From: Gemmatimonadota bacterium
GTDB lineage: Bacteria > Latescibacterota > UBA2968 > UBA8231
Length of the DNA stretch: 23,576 nucleotides
Direction of reading: 5' to 3'
Assembly (NCBI GenBank): GCA_038128265.1
Contig: JAYPJE010000020.1
Location: forward strand, 1-23,576
Made by a program: the position numbers and the translations under genes. Positions within the stretch are counted from its first letter, which is position 1; each line of letters opens with the position of its first letter. The notes beneath the pieces were generated by a model. It saw only the letters and a list, made by a program, of their open reading frames with translations. It was not told where the DNA came from and made no database searches. Positions 16,653-23,576 of the stretch are shown piece after piece.

Positions 16653-17270
16653 TCAGGCCCCTTCGTGCTCGCGCTCGGCCAGCAGGTCGATAAACGCCGC
16701 CGCCTGCTCCGTCATATCGGCGATAATCTTGTCGATTCGATTGGCGAAGAAGTTGTAGCAAAACTGAATGATGATACCGACGATCAGGCCAGCAGCCGTC
16801 GTAATCAGCGCCTCGGAGATACCGCCAGCCACCATCGAAGGCTCGACGTCGCCGGCGGTCTTTATCGCCTGAAAGGCGTTGATCATACCGCTCACCGTGC
16901 CTAAAAATCCAATCATCGGCGCCAAATTAGCTACCGTCGATAGCCAGACCATCCCGCGCTCCAAGAAAGCCATCTCAACGGCGCCCGAATTGTCGACGGC
17001 CTTTTCCACGTGGTCGATGCCGCGATGCATGCGCAAGAGACCCGCGTGGATAACCGACGCGACCGGGCCCGGCGTTTCCGAGCAGTGCTGAGCAGCCATA
17101 TTGGGACCGCCGCTCTTAAGCGCATCTTCCAGCCCCTTGAAAAACTCTTCGGCGTCAATGGCCGCACGCGATAGCGTAATCAAGCGCTCGATTGCCACGG
17201 CGATGCCGATGATGAGCAACACGAGCAAGGGCCACATCGCCCAACCGCCGTCTGCAAAAAGCTTAACCAT
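16653..17270 (-). CDS. exbB: MotA/TolQ/ExbB proton channel protein
   Basis: GGWAMWPL, LERGMVWLSTVANLAPMIGFLGTVSGMI, VAGGISEALITTAAGL. Confidence 0.95.
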   Translation of the reverse strand: MVKLFADGGWAMWPLLVLLIIGIAVAIERLITLSRAAIDAEEFFKGLEDALKSGGPNMAAQHCSETPGPVASVIHAGLLRMHRGIDHVEKAVDNSGAVEMAFLERGMVWLSTVANLAPMIGFLGTVSGMINAFQAIKTAGDVEPSMVAGGISEALITTAAGLIVGIIIQFCYNFFANRIDKIIADMTEQAAAFIDLLAEREHEGA

Positions 17271-17337
17271 TTTCTCTCCCTCAACAATTTTTTAGGCCCA
17301 ACTGCGTGGTGCCCGGTTTTTCAGCCTGTGGACGCGA

Positions 17338-18444
17338 TTAGGACTCGCCGTCTTTGCCGCCAAAGAATTCGCGCTTCAGCTTCTCTTCTTCGGTCTCTGG
17401 TGGATTAATTTTCCAGATCCGCTGCTGAGCCACGCGCTCCCATGCCGGGTCGGCTTTCGCCTGCTCGTATGCGGCGACCGCTTCTTCCTCAGCGCCTTCG
17501 CGCAGCAGCAGATCGCCCTTCAGGACGAGCAGACGCGCGTTGCCGCCGCCCAGCAGACCGCGATCCAGCAGGCGGCGCGCCGCTTTGAACTGGTCCTGGT
17601 TGATGTTCCACTCGACCAGCTCCGCAACAGTTTGCAGGTCTTTCGGGTTGGCGCGCACCATGCCTTCGCGCGCCTTCAACAACACCGCTTCGTTGCCCCT
17701 CTCTTCGGCGATGGTCGAAACCCGGCTGTAGTAGGAGTAGGCATTGGCCGAATCGACCAACGCCAGCTTAAACAGCGATTTTAACGCGCTGTCGACATCG
17801 CCCGTTTCCAGCTGTAGCTCGACCACGCTCTCCAGCTTTTCCGGATCGATCACCTCGCCGTCGCCGCCAAGCAGCCTGCTGCGCCACCGCAGCGCCTCTC
17901 CGATATCGCCGATGTCCTGATTGAGCAGCGCAAGCATTTCAAAGAGCTCTTCGTCCACGCCATCACCCACCAGCTGAGCGTAGTGAACAATCGCCCGTTC
18001 GCTGGCCCCTTCGCGCCGATACAGGTCGGCGAGCTTGCGGCGATATTCCTCTGCATCCGGCTTGACGGCCAGCACGCGCTCTAGGCACAGTGCCGCTGAA
18101 TCGGCCAAATCTGCAGCGGCATACACCGTATACAGACGCAAATTGGAGTTGACGTGCAGCGAATCCAGAGCCAAAGCCGACTCAAAGGCCGCCCGCGCAC
18201 CGTCAAAGTCGCGCAGGCGGTAGTTCATATCACCCAAAAAGAAACGCGCCTGCACATCGCGCGGACTGTACTTGACCAGCTGACCATAGTACGTGCGCGC
18301 CTCGGCATATTCCTTCTGTCCTCTTGCTGTCTTGGCCAAGAACTTGTACTTGCGCACGGAATCGGCTGGCGCCTCTGCGACCTCGGCCGAGGCATCGCCA
18401 ATAAAAAAAACGGCTAATATGGCAAGCAGGATATGTGTATGCAT
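17338..18444 (-). CDS. Exported tetratricopeptide-repeat protein
   Basis: Likely ATG18444 giving signal peptide MHTHILLAILAVFFIGDASA; multiple TPR-like repeats (ARFFLGDMNYRLRDFDGARAAFESAL; KLADLYRREG; LKGDLLLREGAEEEAVAAYEQA). Confidence 0.8.
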   Translation of the reverse strand: MHTHILLAILAVFFIGDASAEVAEAPADSVRKYKFLAKTARGQKEYAEARTYYGQLVKYSPRDVQARFFLGDMNYRLRDFDGARAAFESALALDSLHVNSNLRLYTVYAAADLADSAALCLERVLAVKPDAEEYRRKLADLYRREGASERAIVHYAQLVGDGVDEELFEMLALLNQDIGDIGEALRWRSRLLGGDGEVIDPEKLESVVELQLETGDVDSALKSLFKLALVDSANAYSYYSRVSTIAEERGNEAVLLKAREGMVRANPKDLQTVAELVEWNINQDQFKAARRLLDRGLLGGGNARLLVLKGDLLLREGAEEEAVAAYEQAKADPAWERVAQQRIWKINPPETEEEKLKREFFGGKDGES

Positions 18445-18602
18445 AGGTTGCCCCATCGAACGCAGTGGCCATCGCAAAGCAGGTCTGTAACAATCCGACA
18501 GGCCATTAAAATGTAAAAAAAATCAACTATGGGCAATATGTGCTTTTCTTTCGTACGCATGCCCCCAGTCAGATAAACTCTTCCGTTTTCCGCACTCTAC
18601 AT

Positions 18603-18630
18603 ATTATACTGCAACCTAATCGTATCACAA
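18603..18630 (-). promoter_or_regulatory. Sigma70-type promoter for the TPR-exbB-exbD-exbD-tonB operon
   Basis: Minus strand TTGTGA (18630-18625), 16-nt spacer, TATAAT (18608-18603). Confidence 0.55.
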
Positions 18631-18644
18631 CTTAAACGCATATC

Positions 18645-18682
18645 GTTACAGCGATGCAACAACGCCGTTACATTGCCGTAAC
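18645..18682. repeat. Four GYWAC pentamers at exact 11-bp periodicity (candidate transcription factor array)
   Basis: GTTAC(18645)-N6-GCAAC(18656)-N6-GTTAC(18667)-N6-GTAAC(18678). Confidence 0.65.
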
Positions 18683-18803
18683 GCCCGCCCATGAGCTCAA
18701 TGCTTGACAAAAAGCGGCTCCCAAGGCGATTTTTTGCAGCCAGCCGCGAAGAAAATGCTCGATGCGGTGTCTGTGTCACAAAACGGGTCAGTATAGGCAA
18801 CCA

Positions 18804-19394
18804 ATGCATCAGAAGCACAAATGGGTCGTCGTTGGCGACGAAACAGAGCGCATCGCGCGCATTGTCAGCGGAGATAAGCGCGCATTCGATGAATTGGTGC
18901 GCCACTACTACGGTCTCGTCTACAGCCTAGCGCACAAACTACTCAGCGACGATGACGATGCCAGAGAAATCGCGCAGGATACCTTTGTCAAGGTGCACTG
19001 CGCACTCGACGGATTCCGCGGTGAGGCTTCGCTAAAAACGTGGATCATGCGCATCGCCATGCGACTCAGCCTCAACCGCCGCCGCGACCGCTCGCGCTCG
19101 ACTTGGCACCGCCTCGGGCTCCACGGTAGCGAGACAGCAACGCACGCGTCGACTCCCGCCCATCAGACGCCGGAAGGGGAGTATATTTCCCGCGAAGTAC
19201 GCGCCCACGTGCGCGCACAAATAGATGACCTGCCCGAACCGCTGCGCCAGGTGCTGATACTCAACAGCTTTGAAGACTTGTCTTACGAAGAGATCGCACA
19301 GATCCTCGATCTACCTATTGGCACGGTGAGTTCGCGGCTGCACGCGGCGCGTAAAAAGCTCCTGCACCAGTTTGAGAAAAGTGATCTACTGTAA
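18804..19394 (+). CDS. ECF-family RNA polymerase sigma factor
   Basis: GDKRAFDELVRHY, DAREIAQDTFVKV, FRGEASLKTWIMRIA (region 2); LPEPLRQVLIL...LSYEEIAQILDLPIGTVSSRLHAAR (region 4). Start uncertain (18762 or 18804). Confidence 0.93.
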   Translation: MHQKHKWVVVGDETERIARIVSGDKRAFDELVRHYYGLVYSLAHKLLSDDDDAREIAQDTFVKVHCALDGFRGEASLKTWIMRIAMRLSLNRRRDRSRSTWHRLGLHGSETATHASTPAHQTPEGEYISREVRAHVRAQIDDLPEPLRQVLILNSFEDLSYEEIAQILDLPIGTVSSRLHAARKKLLHQFEKSDLL

Positions 19395-19411
19395 CGCATC
19401 GAAAGGCTAGC

Positions 19412-19753
19412 ATGTTGAATCGCAGAAAAAAAATGCGGCGCGCCCTTTCCGCCTATATCGACGGCGAGTTGGCCCCTTCCCTGCGCGATCACCTGTGCGA
19501 AGAACTGGTTTTTGACGACGAGCTCCGATCTCAGTTAGCCCAGCTCGAAAGCGCCAACGCGCTCGTCCATCAGGCGCTGGAGCCGATACACATACCCGCG
19601 CCGCCAGCAATTGAACTAGGTCCAGAAGCTGCTGCGCCGTCATCCACGACCACGCCATCTCGCCGCCTAACCCCAGTGGCACTAGCGGCGGCCGGCCTGC
19701 TGGTAACAGCCGGCATAACGCTCGCCAGCCTGCGCCGGCGAGGCATTGTCTGA
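19412..19753 (+). CDS. Putative anti-sigma factor, single C-terminal TM
   Basis: Directly downstream of the ECF gene; LSAYIDGEL anti-sigma-domain motif; Pro/Ala linker; TM VALAAAGLLVTAGITLASL. Confidence 0.75.
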   Translation: MLNRRKKMRRALSAYIDGELAPSLRDHLCEELVFDDELRSQLAQLESANALVHQALEPIHIPAPPAIELGPEAAAPSSTTTPSRRLTPVALAAAGLLVTAGITLASLRRRGIV

Positions 19754-19761
19754 GGTGTATT

Positions 19762-20631
19762 TTGAACTGGTTTGAAAAGATGAAAAGCGGGCTCAAGACC
19801 CGCATAAAGCGCGATATTCCTCAAGGGATATGGCTCAAATGCAAGCGATGCGGCCACTCCAACTACGAAAAAGCCCTTGAACGCAGTCAGTGGATCTGCC
19901 CAGAGTGCTCGTTCCACTATCCCATAGGGCATCAGCAATACGTAGACATGCTGGTGGACACGGGCACGTTTGTCGAAACGGATGCCGATGTCAGCCCGAC
20001 CGATCCGCTGGGCTTTCGCGGCTATAAAGACAAGATCAAAGACGGACGGCGGCTGAGCGGCACAGGGGAGTCGGTCTATACCGGCACGGGGCGCATCGGC
20101 GGCCATCCGATCGCCCTTGGCATCATGGATACTCGCTTTGTCATGGGCACGCTCGGTGGGGCCACTGGAGAAAAGATCTGCCGCCTGATCGACCTCGCCA
20201 TTAGCGAGCGACGCACCTTTATCCTGATATGCCAATCCGGTGGCGCGCGCATGCAGGAAAGCGCCTTTTCGCTGATGCAGATGGCCCGCGTTAGCGCCAA
20301 GCTACATCAGCTATCAAACGCCGGCCTGCTCTACGTCGCCGTGCTCACCGACCCAACCTACGGCGGCGTGACCGCTAGCTTTGCCATGCTGGGCGATTTG
20401 ATCATCGCCGAGCCCGGCGCGCGCATAGGGTTTGCCGGGCAGACCGTCATCAAACAATTCCTTGGCGGCGACGCGCAGCTTCCCGAGGGCTTCCAGGTTG
20501 CCGAAACCGTTCTCGAGCACGGCTTTATCGATCGAATTGTGCGCCGCGACCACATGGCGGCTGAACTGGCGGGGCTCATCGCCCTACTGGCACCACCAGA
20601 GGGCGAGGCATCGACGACGCTGCGCGCGTAA
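19762..20631 (+). CDS. accD: Acetyl-CoA carboxylase carboxyltransferase beta subunit
   Basis: TTG start after GAGG; WLKCKRC...CPEC zinc finger, DPLGF, GEKI, SGGARMQES, PTYGGVTASFA, AEPGARIGFAG, GFQ...EHGFID. Confidence 0.96.
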   Translation: MNWFEKMKSGLKTRIKRDIPQGIWLKCKRCGHSNYEKALERSQWICPECSFHYPIGHQQYVDMLVDTGTFVETDADVSPTDPLGFRGYKDKIKDGRRLSGTGESVYTGTGRIGGHPIALGIMDTRFVMGTLGGATGEKICRLIDLAISERRTFILICQSGGARMQESAFSLMQMARVSAKLHQLSNAGLLYVAVLTDPTYGGVTASFAMLGDLIIAEPGARIGFAGQTVIKQFLGGDAQLPEGFQVAETVLEHGFIDRIVRRDHMAAELAGLIALLAPPEGEASTTLRA

Positions 20632-20633
20632 CG

Positions 20634-21209
20634 GTGGCGCGCTCCCTAACTGCGCGCGCGCTGGCAGCGGTGGCCCTGATGGCCGCGCTTACCGCCGTCG
20701 GCGCCTGGATTCGCATTCCCATTCCACAGGTGCCGGTGACCCTGCAGATGAGCTTCGTCTACTTGTCCGGCGCTTGGCTAGGTGCGCGGTACGGTGCGCT
20801 ATCCCAATTGGTCTACGTCGGAGCCGGGCTGATCGGATTTCCCATCTTTGCCAAGGGCGGCGGTCCACACTACGTCTTTGAACCGAGCTTTGGCTACATC
20901 GCCGGCTTTATACCGGCCGCGTGTGCCGCGGGCCTAATCGGCCAGCGCGCCTCTTCCTACCGCGGATTCCTGGCCGCCGCCGCAGCGGCTCTCACGCTCG
21001 TTTATATACCCGGGATTCTCTGGCTCTACGTCATTCTCAATTTTGTGCTCGGCCAGCCTACGCCGCCCCTCGCCGCGCTGGCCGTCGGCCTGAGCAGCCT
21101 GCCCAAGGACCTGGTTCTCCTGCCGCTCAATGCCTACCTGGGACAGCGCGTTCGGCGCCGACTGGCGTTCCTATCCGAATCGGTTAAAACGCATTGCCCA
21201 AATCGATGA
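20634..21209 (+). CDS. bioY: Biotin transporter BioY (solitary S component)
   Basis: VPVTLQ, LGARYGALSQLVYVGAGLIGFPIFAKG, PSFGYIAGF, YIPGILW, LPKDL. Confidence 0.93.
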   Translation: MARSLTARALAAVALMAALTAVGAWIRIPIPQVPVTLQMSFVYLSGAWLGARYGALSQLVYVGAGLIGFPIFAKGGGPHYVFEPSFGYIAGFIPAACAAGLIGQRASSYRGFLAAAAAALTLVYIPGILWLYVILNFVLGQPTPPLAALAVGLSSLPKDLVLLPLNAYLGQRVRRRLAFLSESVKTHCPNR

Positions 21210-22530
21210 ATACGTCCAACTGCTCGGACGAATACCCTGCCCCACAGCGAATCACAAAATCACGATCCCACGACAGCCGCATACCGCCCCCAGCACTCAC
21301 GTGCATGCCGCCCGGTCCGACTTTGGCTAAATCTGACCAGACGCGTCCCGCATCGACGTACCCCACGCCATACCACTCTAAAAACTGCCCGAAAAGCCAC
21401 ATGGAGTGCATTAGGTAGCGCACTTCTCCGTTGGAGAAAAAGCGCACGTTGTCGGTAAAGCGCTGCGTGTCAAACCCGCGCAGCGAATCGCTGCCGCCCA
21501 GCCCTTTTACCCGCCGGCTGCCGCCGATTTCCCCGTAGGCGTAGAGCGGAATCTCTCCCGTCAGCACCTCGAAAACGGCGCGATGGGCCACCGTAAACCG
21601 GTCGGAAAGCGACCTGTAGCGCATATCGGTAAACGTATAGCGCTGAAAATTGATTTCTTGCAAAAACAGCCCAATGAGCGAGTTGCGCGAGTTTTCGTAG
21701 GACCATTCGTGAAAGGCGCCGCGACTGGGCACGACCTCGTCATCGCGGCTGTCCCACTCCAGCGTGAAGCTCCAAAAGCCGGTGAAGCCGTCTTTCACGC
21801 CGTCGGGCGTTCCCTGATCGAGGTAGAACGCCGCCTGACCGCGCGGCTCGACCTCTGTGCTCTCCACCCCAAAGCCGGCCGAAGCTGTAACCGGGCCGTA
21901 GATATGGCGGAGAAAGCTCAGCAGCAGGCGCGGCTCTTCTCTCAGCACGTAGTTGTAGTAGTTCTCGTCTTCAAAGCGATCGCTGTTGGGATCGACCAAA
22001 TCTCTGTCGAAATGGCTGTTGTTACCCAGCCCGTAATAGCGCGTGCGCAGGTTTTGCTCCAGCCTTGCTTCTAAGCGCACGCCAAAACCCGTTCCAGAAA
22101 TACGCGGCACTTTGAGGCGAATGCGGTTTTTGAGCTTGCCCTCCGTCGAGCGCTGCACGTGCAGCGTCAGTTTGTAGCGATAAGGGCGGCGGCGATAGTC
22201 GGCCCAGTGCACGCGGGTGCCATAATTCCAACCGGTGTTGGGGCTGAAAAAGGCGAAGGGCAAACCGGTCACGCCATAGGGCACGTCCCCGAGCGTAAAC
22301 TGGCGGCGCTTAGAAAGCCAGCGCACGGCGCTAACGGTCCCTTCCGTAGCGACTACCGGCGCCCTGCTCAGCGTCTGCGGCAACCCGCCATTGGACGCCG
22401 AACTATCGGGTGGCGCATCATCGACCTGCGCGCGCGCGACATCGGTCGTTGCACAGAGCAGCACGCCGCTCATGAGCGCCAGCCTGCGGGGAATTCGACG
22501 CCACCTAGCTGGCTGTCGGCAATCGCTCAA
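21184..22530 (-). CDS. Omp85/BamA-TamA family outer-membrane beta-barrel without recognisable POTRA domains
   Basis: Signal-like N-terminus (start TTG22530 or ATG22473); LPFAFFSPNTG, YYGLGN, WDSRDDEVVPSRG, LGGSDSLRGF (VRGF-like), YVDAGRVW, terminal Phe (GNAF). Confidence 0.8.
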   Translation of the reverse strand: MSDCRQPARWRRIPRRLALMSGVLLCATTDVARAQVDDAPPDSSASNGGLPQTLSRAPVVATEGTVSAVRWLSKRRQFTLGDVPYGVTGLPFAFFSPNTGWNYGTRVHWADYRRRPYRYKLTLHVQRSTEGKLKNRIRLKVPRISGTGFGVRLEARLEQNLRTRYYGLGNNSHFDRDLVDPNSDRFEDENYYNYVLREEPRLLLSFLRHIYGPVTASAGFGVESTEVEPRGQAAFYLDQGTPDGVKDGFTGFWSFTLEWDSRDDEVVPSRGAFHEWSYENSRNSLIGLFLQEINFQRYTFTDMRYRSLSDRFTVAHRAVFEVLTGEIPLYAYGEIGGSRRVKGLGGSDSLRGFDTQRFTDNVRFFSNGEVRYLMHSMWLFGQFLEWYGVGYVDAGRVWSDLAKVGPGGMHVSAGGGMRLSWDRDFVIRCGAGYSSEQLDVFIDLGNAF

Positions 22531-23350
22531 AACGCGTCCTGTCCTCGTCTGTGGGTTCGACGTCGAGCGCAAAGCGGACCGGGGTCAGGGCCATCTCCTG
22601 GTTTTGCAATGCCACGGCATCGCCCGCGTCGTCCATGATCTGCAGACCCGAAAAGTCGTACTCGAAGCGATCGCCATCGGGGTGACGGGCGAAGATCGAA
22701 CCGTAGGCGGTGCGCGTAATACCGGTGAAGCGGCGCGGCGTATCCCGGTCCGTTGTAGTCGGCATATTGACCGTCATCAGCGCCGCCCCAGAGGGCAACC
22801 CACCTCGCCATACCTCTTCGGTAATGCTGCGCGCCGCGGCCGCCGCATTGGCAAGCAGCCTTTCCGTATGCGCCTCTAAACGCCGCTCGCGACGCCAGAG
22901 CGCAAAGTCTTCCTTGGGTAGTTCAAGCGAAAAGGCCAGTGCAGGGACCCCAGCCAGAAAGCCCTCGACGGCGGCGCCGATTGTACCCGAAGACAGGAAA
23001 AAAGCCAGGCCGGCATTGGTGCCCATGTTGATGCCCGATACGACAAGGGCTGGAGGCGTTGCAAATAGCGTGTGCACGCCAATATTGGCACAGTCGGCCG
23101 GGTACCCGCCCAGCGTCCAGACGCGCCGCCCACCGCGCTCTGCCTGACCCAGCGCCACGGGCGAGAAGCGGCTCATGATCTTGCCCGTCCAACTGCACTC
23201 TGAATCGGGCACTACCGTGCGCACTTCGGCTATGGACGACAGTTGGTCTATGAGTGGATCGAGAACGGGCGAGTCGATCCCGTCGTCGTTGGTCAACAAA
23301 ATCCACGGCGCTTCAGCAACCAAAAAGAACCTGCCTTTCCATATTGTCAT
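22505..23350 (-). CDS. surE: 5'/3'-nucleotidase SurE
   Basis: ILLTNDDG, GYPADC, VVSGINMGTNAG, SGTIGAA, VNMP, ALTPV. Start may instead be TTG23323. Confidence 0.9.
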   Translation of the reverse strand: MTIWKGRFFLVAEAPWILLTNDDGIDSPVLDPLIDQLSSIAEVRTVVPDSECSWTGKIMSRFSPVALGQAERGGRRVWTLGGYPADCANIGVHTLFATPPALVVSGINMGTNAGLAFFLSSGTIGAAVEGFLAGVPALAFSLELPKEDFALWRRERRLEAHTERLLANAAAAARSITEEVWRGGLPSGAALMTVNMPTTTDRDTPRRFTGITRTAYGSIFARHPDGDRFEYDFSGLQIMDDAGDAVALQNQEMALTPVRFALDVEPTDEDRTRFERLPTAS

Positions 23351-23402
23351 TCCTATGAGGCGGTCAATATAACAACAGGATCACGGCCTCCCAACTATTT
23401 AC

Positions 23403-23432
23403 TTGCCATGGTTCACGCACCTCTGGTACATT
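23403..23432 (+). promoter_or_regulatory. Candidate sigma70 promoter for the last gene
   Basis: TTGCCA (23403-23408), 18-nt spacer, TACATT (23427-23432) with an extended -10 TG. Confidence 0.4.
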
Positions 23433-23442
23433 CTCGTGGACT

Positions 23443-23576
23443 ATGAGAGAGGTCGAACTGTTACAGGCACTAGAAGCGCTGGCCGCCGAGCTGTCCATCG
23501 ACGTCCGCTATGAGGCCCTGGAGAGCGCTGGGGGGCTGTGCCAGTATGGCGGGCAGATGCACTTGATTATTCCCCG
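23443..23576 (+). CDS. Hypothetical protein, 5' part only (runs off window end)
   Basis: ATG23443 is open to the edge: MREVELLQALEALAAELSIDVRYEALESAGGLCQYGGQMHLIIP; coding-like GC3 bias. Confidence 0.7.
   Translation, partial: MREVELLQALEALAAELSIDVRYEALESAGGLCQYGGQMHLIIP

Noticed and set aside
1..23576. CRISPR array, IS element, toxin-antitoxin or defence system
   Set aside because: No regularly spaced 25-40 bp repeats, transposase, terminal inverted repeats or recognisable defence domains were seen.

Overview
GC-rich bacterial chromosomal window made almost entirely of housekeeping genes. The gene styles (acidic-linker TonB with two ExbD, Ig-like lipoprotein, PhyH) suggest an FCB-superphylum lineage, but that is inference. 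Order: 5'-portion of a PhyH-like dioxygenase gene (-, runs off the left edge, missed by the ORF track); about 800 bp AT-richer spacer; tRNA-Leu/tRNA-Cys (-); thyA-pheA (+); topA-xerC-hslV-hslU-Ig-like lipoprotein-pilin-like (-); map-MBL hydrolase (+); nrdR and class II nrdJ with NrdR boxes (-); TPR-exbB-exbD-exbD-tonB (-); ECF sigma-anti-sigma-accD-bioY (+); surE-Omp85 barrel (-); start of a hypothetical gene (+). I see no mobile element, CRISPR array or defence system, and no clearly novel multi-gene system. The best leads are regulatory or protein-level: an 11-bp-phased GYWAC array at the divergent TonB-operon/ECF promoter, an SD-sequestering hairpin in the nrdR leader, a probable CTG-initiated prephenate dehydratase with degenerate Phe-binding motifs, and a zinc-ligand-less anti-sigma in an apparent operon with accD and bioY.
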